DNA of 64,000 bases from Candidatus Bathyarchaeota archaeon (GCA_050123155.1 JASFHP010000008.1:15186-79185); one strand, 5' to 3'. Shown: positions 48,801-58,653, counted from the first letter of the stretch. Notes: a model not told the origin generated them from the sequence alone. A program made the numbers and translations.

Positions 48801-50419
48801 GCAGCAAAATTCCTGTGGAGATGAGCACAGCAATTATGAAAGATGCGAATGGCAAACCAATAGGATTTGTTTCCGTAACCAGAAACATCACAGAGAGGAA
48901 GAAGGCTGAGGAGGCACTCAAAGAGAGCGAAAAGAAGTATAGAGAAATGATTAATGGAATGAACGACGTGGCTTTGGTTCTTGATTTTGATACGAACATT
49001 ATTGATGCTAACCAGACTGCAGTTGATGTTTTGGGTTACTCTATGGAAGAGTTGCTTTCTATGAAAGTCCACCAATTCGATGCTAGTCTAACCGCGAAAG
49101 AAATAAAAGGTCTTGCCGAAAAAATGAAAACCAATGGATTGGTGGTTTTGGAGACAACGCACACCACCAAAGACGGAAGGACCTTTCCAGTGGAGGTTAG
49201 CGCCAGTCCGGTGACTTATCAGGGAAAACCTGCGCTTCTGAGCATTGAAAGAGACATCACCGAACGCAAGAAAGCAGAAGAAGCTTTACGTAAATCAGAA
49301 GAGGCGGCAAGGCGTCTGTTAGAGTTTCAAAACAAAATTATTGACACCGCTACTGTGTGGGTTAATCTGATTGATCCAAAGGGAAATGTAATCTTATGGA
49401 ATCGTGCGGCAGAGCTTGTTTCTGGCTACTCTCGTAAAGAAATTATTGGAAATAACAAGATATGGGAATTGCTCTACCCTGATCCTGACTACCGTACCAA
49501 GATTTTTTCCGTCGGAAAAGAAATCACTGAAAAAGGAAAACGAATAGAAGACTTCTATTCGACCATCAGATGTAAAGATGGATCAGTGAAGACTATTTCA
49601 TGGTATGCCACTAACATACGGGATGAAAAAGGAGAGCCAGCAGGTAGCATTTCCATCGGGGTTGACGTAACAGAAAGGGAGAAGGCTCAGCAGGCAATAA
49701 ACAATGCCTTGGCTCTGTTGAGGCAGTCGAACAGGGAGCTGGAGAGTTACACGTATGTTGTCTCTCATGACTTGAAGGCACCCCTCAGAACAATACGTTC
49801 CTTCGGCACCTTCCTTTTAGAAGACTATAAAGACAAACTAGATGAGACAGGCAAAGACTATCTACATAGGATGATTAACGCATCTTCCCATTTGAACACC
49901 ATGATTGAAGACTTACTCGTTCTTTCGCGTGTTGGACGAAAATTCACTGAACTCGAAAAAGTGGACCTGAACGAGCTCCTGAAGGAAATCATATCCGACC
50001 TTGAAGCAACAATTAAGGAACGCAAAGCAAAGGTTATCGTCGACAAACTTCCCGTCCTATCCGCCCAGAAAGTATGGAACAGACAATTGTTTATGAACCT
50101 AATCAGCAACGCCTTAAAGTTCAACGAATCCAAAACCCCGAAGATCGAAGTATTATACGAAGAAAAACAAAACGATCATCTGTTCAAGGTTCGGGACAAT
50201 GGAATAGGCATCGAAAAAAAGTATCTAGAGCGCATATTCAATCTTTTCGAGAGAGCACCCACAGACAAGAAGTATGATGGAACTGGAGCTGGATTAGCAA
50301 TCTGCAAAAAGATTGTTGAGCAGCTCGGAGGAAAAATCTGGGTTAAAAGCACACTCGGTAAAGGCAGCACATTCATTTTCACAATACCCAAGGAGTTGAA
50401 ACAAACAGAGGAGACATAA
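45848..50419 (+). CDS. Cytoplasmic sensor histidine kinase with 10 PAS/PAC modules (Cph1-type HisKA)
   Basis: Ten PAS modules, most ending in D(I/V)T(E/D)RK-like linkers. SHDLKAPL, NLISNALKF, DNGIGI, GTGAGL. No TM segment. Confidence 0.93.
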   Translation: MGRQVSKQKRRLAEEDAEKVREDYVQKMRDNYPLIIRTLMHDLIFSVDKDGNLVFLNDAAVEFLGMPSEEIIGTHFVDYLYPEDVKKTQAALQEIIKSKGQVKGLIIRVKSPRGARKVALNAVAIFDEEGNHVGIQATGKDLTDLLRTEEELEQSRSHFRRLFEVLVDPVVIVDMNGKILELSQSAEEILEFPREDLVGKQFMENDVVTDKSKAMMMKTLEKLKKGEYAPPHTIEVVTKDGKKLLYESTPTKLMYKGEPAILGIFRSITEQKKAEEKLQASEMRFKYFLENAPEAIWVQDLVGTFLDGNKLAEELTGYKKEELIGKSMLEMNLVPSEYIPIAMEAFKANKPGEISGPNELELIRKDGSLVSVEASTIPVERDGKIEIIGIARDITDRKNAEEALKESEKRSRELSDLLPEVVFETDATGRLTFVNQIAFDQFGYSQEDFDKGLNAAQMLIPEDRDRAMEEIDRVLSGADVDFTEYTALRKDGSTFPIMIHSTPIIRGNMPVGLRGIIVDITERKKMENVLKESEEKYRTVFEGATDGIAALDPKTMKVIFTNPKMTEITGYPLDELLNATIIDFVPKDELSLVIQQFQNHVGGKRDLTRYIPVVRKDKTKIYCDVRSKFLNIGNQQYLMAFVRDVTEQKKAEEALKESEKRFRELSELLPEIVFETDATGELTFVNKATLDSTGYSQEDFDKGLNALQLVVAEDRDNIKKSIGELLSGKKIGTSEYTALRKDGSTFPIIIHSNSITRENRVVGMRGLIVDITDRKRAEEALKESEERFRSTLDNMMEGCQIVDYNWRYLYVNDAGARHAHLAKKDLLGKTIMETQPGIEKTELFAVLRRCMNERVPAHMEYEFLYPNGERNWFELSIEPMPDGIFVISIDINDRKRAEKELIRLSNAVRMSNDSIVISDLDGTILDVNEASLKMHGTDDKSDLIGTNAFGLVAPEDQEKALAGMKEVLEKGYVQSREYQIVTNDGSKIPVEMSTAIMKDANGKPIGFVSVTRNITERKKAEEALKESEKKYREMINGMNDVALVLDFDTNIIDANQTAVDVLGYSMEELLSMKVHQFDASLTAKEIKGLAEKMKTNGLVVLETTHTTKDGRTFPVEVSASPVTYQGKPALLSIERDITERKKAEEALRKSEEAARRLLEFQNKIIDTATVWVNLIDPKGNVILWNRAAELVSGYSRKEIIGNNKIWELLYPDPDYRTKIFSVGKEITEKGKRIEDFYSTIRCKDGSVKTISWYATNIRDEKGEPAGSISIGVDVTEREKAQQAINNALALLRQSNRELESYTYVVSHDLKAPLRTIRSFGTFLLEDYKDKLDETGKDYLHRMINASSHLNTMIEDLLVLSRVGRKFTELEKVDLNELLKEIISDLEATIKERKAKVIVDKLPVLSAQKVWNRQLFMNLISNALKFNESKTPKIEVLYEEKQNDHLFKVRDNGIGIEKKYLERIFNLFERAPTDKKYDGTGAGLAICKKIVEQLGGKIWVKSTLGKGSTFIFTIPKELKQTEET
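47173..47964 (+). repeat. Intragenic duplication between PAS4 and PAS6
   Basis: A 39-nt exact match, 47173-47211 = 47926-47964 (offset 753 bp), within more broadly similar modules. Confidence 0.85.
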
Positions 50420-50420
50420 A

Positions 50421-50861
50421 ATGCCACAAAAATATTCGATAACTGAACAACCGATTCTTCTAGTGGACGATAGCCCCGATGACATAATGATAGCCAAAAG
50501 AGCCTTTGCAAAATCGCAGATTCACAACAAAATCTACGTGACTCATGACGGTGACGAAGCCATACAATTCCTGCGAAAAGAAGGAAAATACAAAGACATG
50601 CCAACAGCGGGCTTGGTTATACTAGATTTAAACATGCCTAAAGTTGACGGCTTCGAAGTGCTGGAAACAATAAAAGGTGATGAAAAACTGAAGAGCATTC
50701 CAATAATAGTGTTGACTTCTTCAAGTAGACCTGAAGACATAGAACGAGCCTACAAACTAGGATGCAACAGCTTCATCGTGAAACCCGTCAGCTTTGAAGA
50801 CTTCATTGAGGCTGTGATAGAGATAAAACGTTACTGGTTAAGCCTCTCAAAAATACCGTAA
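50421..50861 (+). CDS. Stand-alone response regulator (Rcp1-like)
   Basis: LLVDDSPDD, ILDLNMP, LTSS, FIVKP, YW. Confidence 0.93.
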   Translation: MPQKYSITEQPILLVDDSPDDIMIAKRAFAKSQIHNKIYVTHDGDEAIQFLRKEGKYKDMPTAGLVILDLNMPKVDGFEVLETIKGDEKLKSIPIIVLTSSSRPEDIERAYKLGCNSFIVKPVSFEDFIEAVIEIKRYWLSLSKIP

Positions 50862-50881
50862 AAAATGGAGATGTAAAAAAT

Positions 50882-51898
50882 TTGGTTGAATTAAAAATCC
50901 GAATACTATATGTTGAAGACAACCCTGACGACCAATTGATCCTAAAGCGGTCACTCAAAGAAAAAATGCCCATCAATTACGATCTGATAACTGCAGATAC
51001 AGCAACAAAAGGCTTAAACAAGATTGAAAAAGAAAACTTTGACCTGCTCATTTCGGATTACAGGCTACCGGACATGACAGGCATCGAATTAATCCAAGAG
51101 CTAAAGAAAAGAAGCCTCAAAACCCCAACCATTCTGCTTACCAGCAAAGGAAGCGAAAACATTGCAGTTGAAGCTATGAAACTTGGCGTCAAAGATTACA
51201 TAGTCAAAGAAGACCTCGCCTCAAAACGTCTAGTAGACAGCATCAACGCCATACTGCTGAAGGCAGCCTTACCTGACACCGTGGACCTTGAAACAGCAAA
51301 ATCTATAGCAACTCTCTTCGACAAAACCCCAATCATACACATCGAATCAGTCAACACTTTAATGTCTAATCCAAGAAGCGAAATCCCCACGGAACAACTG
51401 ACTTCAACATTAAGAACTCTTGCAGACATAGACATTGTAGATGAAGAGCCCTCACGCTCAGTAATCGCATGCCCAGACTGCGGTTTCCTCGACTTTGCCC
51501 TCTACGTGGAGTGCCCCGAATGCGAAAGCACCCAAATGAACAAAGAAGAAGCCTTGGAACATTTTGACTGCGGCAACATAGATTTCAGATCCAAATTCGA
51601 TAAAGGTGAGGGCAGCCTAGTTTGCCCCAAATGCGGAAAAAAGCTGAAAGTAATAGGAGTCGACTACAGGAAAATCGAAAACTGGTACAGATGCTCAAAC
51701 AAACACTTCTTTGGTCAACCCAACCTCAAGTTCGTGTGTTCCAAATGTAATGGACGTTTCTCACTGGAAGAAACAAAGGTAGACACGCTCCACAACTACA
51801 AGTTAACAAAGAATGGTAGTCAGCTATTGAAACTCGGCGTGAAAGCCACCAAATTAAAAGAAAAAAGCAAAGACAAAAAATCCAGCCAAGAAACCTGA
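50882..51898 (+). CDS. Response regulator with a TackOD1-like multi-Zn-ribbon output domain
   Basis: REC domain (VEDN, SDYRLPD, DYIVK), then CPDC, CPEC, EHFDCG, CPKC, YRC..KHFF and CSKC. Confidence 0.85.
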   Translation: MVELKIRILYVEDNPDDQLILKRSLKEKMPINYDLITADTATKGLNKIEKENFDLLISDYRLPDMTGIELIQELKKRSLKTPTILLTSKGSENIAVEAMKLGVKDYIVKEDLASKRLVDSINAILLKAALPDTVDLETAKSIATLFDKTPIIHIESVNTLMSNPRSEIPTEQLTSTLRTLADIDIVDEEPSRSVIACPDCGFLDFALYVECPECESTQMNKEEALEHFDCGNIDFRSKFDKGEGSLVCPKCGKKLKVIGVDYRKIENWYRCSNKHFFGQPNLKFVCSKCNGRFSLEETKVDTLHNYKLTKNGSQLLKLGVKATKLKEKSKDKKSSQET

Positions 51899-51917
51899 AA
51901 ATTTTGGTTGTTCATGA

Positions 51918-53405
51918 ATGGACATCAAGAAATTAGTAATAACTGCTGTTGTGCTGGCGCTCGAACTCATCTTAATAGCCTTGGTCATACCCGGCTACAT
52001 CGCTTGGATATGCCTAATCCTGGGCGCCATAGCTGCCTCATATTTTCTGTTTGCTGCTAGACAGGCTCAAAAAAGCGAAATCCGGAAGCCTTCAAGACAC
52101 ATCACCATACTTGCAGTTCTTTCTATGCTCGTAATTCCTGTTATTGTCGGGTGGCTCACCTTATATCTAGGCTACCTCTCAATAGCGACAGCACTTCTGG
52201 CAATAGCATTAACGGTTGAATTCTTCTCAAATTACCTCGCACTCCCACTTTGCGTATACCATCGGTATCTGGAGTTAAACATGAAACTAAGCCCGATTCA
52301 TCGCTGGCCAGTAGTCACCATAGTAGTCCCAGCCCACAACGAAGAAAAAGTGGTAGAACGATGCCTCGAAGCCATTTTGGAAATAGACTACCCAAAGCTG
52401 GAAGTCATCGTGGTGGATGATGGGTCAACAGACAGAACTTACCAGCTAGCCTCAAATTACAGAACAAAGGGCGTGAAGGTAATCCGTAGACAGAAGGCTG
52501 GCGGAAAATCCGCTGCATTGAATACGGGTATGCTGATTGCTCAGGGCGAAATCATAATCACCTGTGACGCTGACAGCATGATCGCTAGAAGTGCAATTAA
52601 AAAGATTGTCAGCCGCTTTCAGAACCAATCGGTTAGTGCCGTGGCGGGAAACGTTAAGGTTCTGAACAGGACGAATCTGGTGACAAAGTGTCAGGCGCTT
52701 GAATACATCGTCAACGAGAACATATACAGAAGAGTCTTCGACATCTTCGGCGTTGTGCCCGTGGTTCCGGGTCCTTTGGCTTCCTTCAGGAAACGAACCT
52801 TGAAAGAGATCGGTTTCTACGATCGAGACACTCTAACTGAAGATTTCGACATCACAGTCAAACTTTTGAAGACACAGAGAATTGTGCAAGCCTTGAGTGA
52901 CGCCAACGTGTACACCGAAGCGCCAGTCACTTGGAGAGACTTCATGAAACAGAGAACAAGATGGAATAGGGGAACATTCCAGACGATCATGAAGCACAGA
53001 AACGTTTTCGGGAATCCACGGTTCGGTTACTTACGGAACTTAACTTTCCAGTACATTATACTGTCTATGATATTTGTTCCCTTCGTCTCAGTCGTGTCGC
53101 TCATTGTCATATTCCTTGCAGTTTTAATGGGGCATGCTTTCCAAGTTCTGAGTGTGATGGCTGTATTCATGTTGATTCAAGCCACATACAGTTTCTTAGC
53201 CATAATGATGGATGATGAAGACTGGAAACTTGCTGTTTACTCGCCATTGTTTGTGATGGGCTACAAGGAAGTGCGAAACTTCCTCAAAATCAGAGCCCTC
53301 TTCGACGTATTTTCAAAAAGGGAGATGAAGTGGGGCACGCTACAGCGAATCGGAGCGACAGAAACAAGGTCAACAGCAAAACCGACCGATTCTGCACAAC
53401 GCTGA
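51918..53405 (+). CDS. Processive GT2 glycosyltransferase (PgaC/IcaA/cellulose-synthase-like)
   Basis: VPAHNEE, DDGSTD, GGKS, DAD, TED and QRTRW motifs, with flanking TMs. Confidence 0.9.
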   Translation: MDIKKLVITAVVLALELILIALVIPGYIAWICLILGAIAASYFLFAARQAQKSEIRKPSRHITILAVLSMLVIPVIVGWLTLYLGYLSIATALLAIALTVEFFSNYLALPLCVYHRYLELNMKLSPIHRWPVVTIVVPAHNEEKVVERCLEAILEIDYPKLEVIVVDDGSTDRTYQLASNYRTKGVKVIRRQKAGGKSAALNTGMLIAQGEIIITCDADSMIARSAIKKIVSRFQNQSVSAVAGNVKVLNRTNLVTKCQALEYIVNENIYRRVFDIFGVVPVVPGPLASFRKRTLKEIGFYDRDTLTEDFDITVKLLKTQRIVQALSDANVYTEAPVTWRDFMKQRTRWNRGTFQTIMKHRNVFGNPRFGYLRNLTFQYIILSMIFVPFVSVVSLIVIFLAVLMGHAFQVLSVMAVFMLIQATYSFLAIMMDDEDWKLAVYSPLFVMGYKEVRNFLKIRALFDVFSKREMKWGTLQRIGATETRSTAKPTDSAQR

Positions 53406-53430
53406 TTTGCTCAGGAAGTTTTGTCTCGTT

Positions 53431-54510
53431 CTAGTCGCTGTGGCAACTCTGGTTGGCTGTATCCAAGGGTTTTTGGTCACGCTTTTGTGTGCCTCTAATC
53501 TTGCCGATAAACCGGGTTTCGAACAGAAAGACGATGGTAAGGTAGATGAACATCCAAGCAATGAAAAAGAATTCTCCATAGAACTCGTGGAACAGTTTAG
53601 CCGGTGAGTCTCCGCTGTTGATTCCTATTACATAAATAGTTACTATCCGTAGTATGTTGACGAAGAATGTTCCAGCCGCACCTACTGCAACGTAGATTAC
53701 TTTTCGTGTTCGGGTTATGCTAGTGCCCCTGAGGAACAGCATAATCATGAAGGAATACAGGAAGAGGCTGTGGCTTCCCGCGCAAGACCAAGCAATAATA
53801 GCCTTATAGGGTTCCCCACCGCCCAGACTGACCTCGAGATATAAACCATCATCGCCTGCTGGCCATGTTGCTGTCTCGTACCCTAAGAGATTCAGGATTG
53901 CAGACACTCCAGAGGTGGTTATTGGAACAAGGGACTGCAGAGTAGCAAATGTTCCGTTGGGATAGAATGTGTCAATCATGTAGAAGATGCCAACGCCTCC
54001 GACAAAAAAGGCTGACACAGAGAACGCTTTCAGTCCCCGAACTCCATACAGAAGCCAAATTGATGTCACAAAGAAAATTGCGAAGAGAACATACTCGAGA
54101 GAGAAGGGCCAGGAATGCGTCAAATACCATGTATCGCCATCTATAATGGGCACGCCAACAGCTCTTCCTAACTCCACTATTCCAGAATGTAAACCGAAGT
54201 TTAATCCCACAGCATAGACTGTTGGCAGAAGCAGGATTACTGCAGCTAACACTGTTCTTTTGGTCCAAAATGTGGTGTGCTCAGTTTTGAGGTTTTTCCA
54301 TCCAAGCGCAGCCTCTAAGACGAATAGCCAGAGAAATAGAAGATACGGTGCTCTGCCCTTCCACAGATAATCGAAGGAGCCAGAGTCTATGACGTAAAGA
54401 ATAATCAGTGACACAATGAACGCTGCGAAAACGATAACGGTCTTCAAAAGAAGGGAACGGTCAATCTCGGAGAGAAGCCTCTTTAGCTGTTCTTTTGAGG
54501 GGATTATCAT
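53431..54510 (-). CDS. Archaeosortase/exosortase family protein (thaumarchaeosortase-like)
   Basis: Multi-TM protein with catalytic Cys in WSCAG, Arg in NILRI and His in FHEFYGE. Confidence 0.85.
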   Translation of the reverse strand: MIIPSKEQLKRLLSEIDRSLLLKTVIVFAAFIVSLIILYVIDSGSFDYLWKGRAPYLLFLWLFVLEAALGWKNLKTEHTTFWTKRTVLAAVILLLPTVYAVGLNFGLHSGIVELGRAVGVPIIDGDTWYLTHSWPFSLEYVLFAIFFVTSIWLLYGVRGLKAFSVSAFFVGGVGIFYMIDTFYPNGTFATLQSLVPITTSGVSAILNLLGYETATWPAGDDGLYLEVSLGGGEPYKAIIAWSCAGSHSLFLYSFMIMLFLRGTSITRTRKVIYVAVGAAGTFFVNILRIVTIYVIGINSGDSPAKLFHEFYGEFFFIAWMFIYLTIVFLFETRFIGKIRGTQKRDQKPLDTANQSCHSD

Positions 54511-54613
54511 GGTGATTATGCCTTACCGAACATGAATACAGTTACCTGAGCGTAGAGGATACCCTTATCCCCTTCACAGTAAAAAAACGTTTGTTCCTCG
54601 GATGCTGACGAAG

Positions 54614-55024
54614 TTATTCTTTCTTTTTCTTAAACTTGAGGGATACCGAGTTTATGCAATAACGCTGACCCGTAGGTGTGGGGCTGTCACCGAAAACATG
54701 TCCAAGATGTCCACCACACTTTTTGCACCTCACCTCGATTCTGTGCATTCCAAAGCGGTCATCAACCTTTTCCTCGACACTATCCTTGGAGACCGGAGTC
54801 CAGAAACTAGGCCAGCCTGTGCCAGAGTCAAATTTGGTTTCTGAACTAAACAGTTCGTTTCCGCAGCCAGCGCATACGTAGGTGCCCGTTTTCTTGTTTT
54901 TCAGATATTTTCCAGAAAATGCGGGTTCGGTTCCCTTTTCTCTCAGCACATGATACTCTTCTGGAGAAAGAACTTTCTTCCACTCCTCTTCTGTTTTGGT
55001 TACTTTTGATTTGATGGCTCTCAC
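54614..55024 (-). CDS. msrB: Peptide-methionine (R)-S-oxide reductase
   Basis: [29 protein letters not shown]. Confidence 0.96.
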   Translation of the reverse strand: MRAIKSKVTKTEEEWKKVLSPEEYHVLREKGTEPAFSGKYLKNKKTGTYVCAGCGNELFSSETKFDSGTGWPSFWTPVSKDSVEEKVDDRFGMHRIEVRCKKCGGHLGHVFGDSPTPTGQRYCINSVSLKFKKKKE

Positions 55025-55077
55025 CTCCTTGAAGATGTTTTAATCAGAAGCAACAAAAATAATAGCTAATTAACAAA

Positions 55078-55902
55078 TTAGCGTGCGCGTTCTAGTATTT
55101 TGTGTTTGTGTGCGGTTTTCCATAGTTGTTCAAAGTAGTTTTGAAATAAAGCGGTAAGAAAGGGGCTGTTTGACAAAAAAACATTCTCACTTCTTTGTAT
55201 CGGATTATTTTGTTCGGTGGCAAGAATTAATTGTTTCTTGTCGAGTAAACCCCCTAGAACAATAGGGGGAGTGAAAATAAATGCCTTCTGATAGTTGGGA
55301 TTGTTCCTGAAAGTTTGATCATTTTTATATAGTGTTTTTTCGTTTTCAGATACGTAAATGATCAGTCTGGTCTTTACGCCTCTATTCAATTGTTCTTTTA
55401 GTTCATTATCATGGTAAAAAGTAATAGTCTTGTGATCACTCCATGTGAGAATGCTATCATTTGTCTTTTGAATGTCTTTAGATCTATTTTTTAGCCACTT
55501 CAAGTGGGCATTTTTTCCGGGCATTATAACAAATTGATACTCGTCTTTCTGAAGCCCCGCTCTTTTTTTGTTTTCCCTGATGAGATTGATAATTTCTGTT
55601 GTTTTTGTCTGCAACTCGGAAGTTTCCTTCTTTCTATTTTCCAGCAAAAGTGATAATCCATCCTCTAACGGCGTTGCTCTCCATCTGGTTGGTATACCAA
55701 TTAGTTTTTCAACCAAGCAAACGTTTTGTAGCTTAGGCATTATTCGATAGATTTCTTGCCGATTAATACCTGTGATCTTTGAAATTTTTTTTGCCGTGGA
55801 TAATCCATTTTCAACAAGTGCTAAGTAAATCTTTGCCTGCGAACAATTAAGCCCCAAACGAACCAAAGTTTCAACTGCTTCGCCCTGAGCTGATTCATTC
55901 AT
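55078..55902 (-). CDS. TrmB-family transcriptional regulator
   Basis: LGL...QAKIYLAL, RQEIYRI..KL, PLD-like C-terminal domain ending YFEQLW. Confidence 0.85.
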   Translation of the reverse strand: MNESAQGEAVETLVRLGLNCSQAKIYLALVENGLSTAKKISKITGINRQEIYRIMPKLQNVCLVEKLIGIPTRWRATPLEDGLSLLLENRKKETSELQTKTTEIINLIRENKKRAGLQKDEYQFVIMPGKNAHLKWLKNRSKDIQKTNDSILTWSDHKTITFYHDNELKEQLNRGVKTRLIIYVSENEKTLYKNDQTFRNNPNYQKAFIFTPPIVLGGLLDKKQLILATEQNNPIQRSENVFLSNSPFLTALFQNYFEQLWKTAHKHKILERAR

Positions 55903-55938
55903 ACCTCAAGTAGTCACTGTATGTTGAAATAAATCTTT

Positions 55939-55954
55939 CTCACCTGTCGGTGAG
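55939..55954. promoter_or_regulatory. Palindrome CTCACC-N4-GGTGAG, candidate TrmB operator
   Basis: Perfect 6-bp arms in the divergent trmB / beta-propeller intergenic region. Confidence 0.5.
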
Positions 55955-56025
55955 TGGTACACACTCTAAGGCTTAAGTTCACTTCGAAATATAATGAGAA
56001 CTTTAAAATTTGAAGGTGAAAAAGA

Positions 56026-58647
56026 ATGAAAACAAAAAGATTTACAACTCGAACAAAAATTTCTATGGCTTTAATTCTGTTGTTAACAACATCTGCTACG
56101 ATTATTGCTTTACCTGCTGCCACCGCACAAGAAAAGATATATGATTTCCCGAGTTACTTATTTGTGTCCCTTGCACCTAATCCCGTAGGCGTCGACCAAC
56201 TCGTTTATGTTAGCGCCACCTTCAGTAGACCCACACCCACAGCTGAGGGCTATGGTGGCGATTGGTATGAAAATGTAACCGTCGAAATGGTGGATCCTGC
56301 CGGAGAAAAGACCATTTATGGACCATACCTTACAGGCATGGTAGGAGGGATAACGATAAACTTTGTGCCCCATCAAGTCGGTGAATACACTTTCCAAGCC
56401 TTTTACCCTGGAGAAACACTAGACCTGACTAATCCTACAGATCGGAATCCCAACAGGGGCTGGAACAGGCATCTGAATGGCAGTCGGTTGCTGCCCACTG
56501 AAAGCGAAATAGTGACACTCACCGTACAGGAAGATCCTGTAGAAGCACCATATCACTCTCCTGCGCTTCCAGACGAATATTGGACTCGTCCAATATATGC
56601 AACGAACTGGGCTTGGGCAGAGGTTGGCGCCAACTGGTTTGGAATAGGCGGATCTGGTAAGTACGATGCCACTGGAAACCTGCAGCCATATGGTACAGCA
56701 CCAAATACTGCTCACATAATGTGGACAAAAGATCTAGCGGGATTCTTCGGAGGTCAACCTGGAGCACCCATCCTCGGCGATCAAGCGACTCAGTATTCAT
56801 CGACCTCAGGCGTTGCAACCTACTACACGCCAATAATCATGAACGGAATACTCTATTACAACAAACATTACAGTGACCAATTTACGATAGGAGGCTGGGA
56901 AGCCGTAGACATTCGCACAGGAGAAACAGTGTGGAGCAAACCTGCGGGCGTAACAGGTCAAGAAAGTCTTTCATTTGGTCAGATAACACGTGTTCATAAC
57001 GAACAGGAGTTTGGATCTTGGGCATATCTGTATAGTAGCCCTACGAATTTAGGTTGGGGTGCACCGTCCTGGAGAGGAATATATGATGCAAAGACCTGTA
57101 CTTTAGTTGGTAACATTACTAACGCTGTCAGTGCGAACTTTCTGATGAGTTGCGAAGACAACACGAAGGGAACACTATTAGGCTATTATACTTCTGGTGG
57201 CAATCTCGAAATGTGGAACTCAAGTAAAATGTTCACTTATGCGCAAGAGTATATGGGCTTCATAATTGGTATAAGGACACACACATTTGGCACCCATAAT
57301 TGGACAGAAGGAGTAGAGTGGTCCGTGCCACTCCCGACGGAACTCAACGGTAATCCCATCAGCCTCAGCGTTGGCGCTACAACCCCTGAAGTGATACTCC
57401 TCCGCCAATTGGGCGGTCCACTCTCGAACCAGGGAGTCAATACGGAGGGCTGGCAGATTACAGCAGGCTACGACGCAACAACAGGTGCACTACTCTGGGG
57501 GCCATTCAACCAATCAATCCCTGCATTAGAAGACGTGGCTCTTGTTGCTGCACGTGACGGATACTACGTGTTACACAGCAAGGACAAATTCCAAGCATAC
57601 TGCTACAGTCTAACAACCGGAAAAAAGGTATGGGGTCCAGTTCAACTGGAAGGAAACGCGTGGAGTGCTAGCTGGCGTTCAGCAGAAATCGCTTACGGTA
57701 AAGCCTATATCTGGGACCTCGGCGGCTGGGTGCAGGCTATCGATCTTGAATCAGGAGAGATCGCGTGGAAATTCACCCGCGGAAGCGCTGGATACGACAC
57801 ACCCTATGGTACATACACTATCTTCGGCTATAATGCGCATAGTATTGCTGATGGAAAACTGTTCCTTTCAGAGGGAGTTACGTACACTCCGCCACTGTCT
57901 CCATCTCGACGACTTGCTATAAACTGCACTGACGGAAGTCTAGTGTGGAGCACATTAAACTTCAACAGTAAAGTTGTTGGTGCTATTGCAGACGGCTACT
58001 TGGTGACATGGAACTGCTTCGACAACCAGTTATACAGCTTCGGCAAGGGACCAACCGAAACCACAGTCTCGATAAAAAACAATGTTATATCAAGAGGAAC
58101 TAGTGTGCTGATAGAAGGAACGGTAATGGATATCTCTGCAGGCTCAGAGCAAGAGGGAATGATTGAACGCTTCCCACATGGTCTTCCCGCAGCAGCTGAT
58201 GAATGCATGAGCGAGTGGATGGAATACGTCTATATGCAGCAGGCAGAGCCCGAAGATTTTGAAGGTGTCAAAGTATTCTTGAAAGTACAAGATCCTAATG
58301 GCGACTGGTACTCAGCCACTGTCGCAACCGATAGAAATGGTAGGTTCAGCCACATGTGGACTCCCGCCATTGTCGGCGAGTACAAGGTCACTGCAATGTT
58401 CGAAGGCTCCGAATCCTACTACGCCTCACAGGAAACAGCCACCTTTGGTATAGACGAAGCACAAGCACTAGCAGGTGCTCCTAGTGCAGAAGAGATTGCG
58501 GAGACCACAGTAAACCAGATGCCAGTATACCCAACAATCCCAGAAACACCCGCCTACCTGACAATAGACTTGGTCATACTGATAATTGTTGCAATCGGCG
58601 TGGTCATCGGCTTACTGGCCTACATGACACTCAGAAAACAGAAATAA
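56026..58647 (+). CDS. Large secreted PQQ-like beta-propeller surface protein with a C-terminal anchor
   Basis: AGGTGA RBS and signal peptide. Repeated A.D..TG..W blades, Ig-like flanks, then TM + RKQK. Confidence 0.85.
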   Translation: MKTKRFTTRTKISMALILLLTTSATIIALPAATAQEKIYDFPSYLFVSLAPNPVGVDQLVYVSATFSRPTPTAEGYGGDWYENVTVEMVDPAGEKTIYGPYLTGMVGGITINFVPHQVGEYTFQAFYPGETLDLTNPTDRNPNRGWNRHLNGSRLLPTESEIVTLTVQEDPVEAPYHSPALPDEYWTRPIYATNWAWAEVGANWFGIGGSGKYDATGNLQPYGTAPNTAHIMWTKDLAGFFGGQPGAPILGDQATQYSSTSGVATYYTPIIMNGILYYNKHYSDQFTIGGWEAVDIRTGETVWSKPAGVTGQESLSFGQITRVHNEQEFGSWAYLYSSPTNLGWGAPSWRGIYDAKTCTLVGNITNAVSANFLMSCEDNTKGTLLGYYTSGGNLEMWNSSKMFTYAQEYMGFIIGIRTHTFGTHNWTEGVEWSVPLPTELNGNPISLSVGATTPEVILLRQLGGPLSNQGVNTEGWQITAGYDATTGALLWGPFNQSIPALEDVALVAARDGYYVLHSKDKFQAYCYSLTTGKKVWGPVQLEGNAWSASWRSAEIAYGKAYIWDLGGWVQAIDLESGEIAWKFTRGSAGYDTPYGTYTIFGYNAHSIADGKLFLSEGVTYTPPLSPSRRLAINCTDGSLVWSTLNFNSKVVGAIADGYLVTWNCFDNQLYSFGKGPTETTVSIKNNVISRGTSVLIEGTVMDISAGSEQEGMIERFPHGLPAAADECMSEWMEYVYMQQAEPEDFEGVKVFLKVQDPNGDWYSATVATDRNGRFSHMWTPAIVGEYKVTAMFEGSESYYASQETATFGIDEAQALAGAPSAEEIAETTVNQMPVYPTIPETPAYLTIDLVILIIVAIGVVIGLLAYMTLRKQK

Positions 58648-58653
58648 CCCAAA

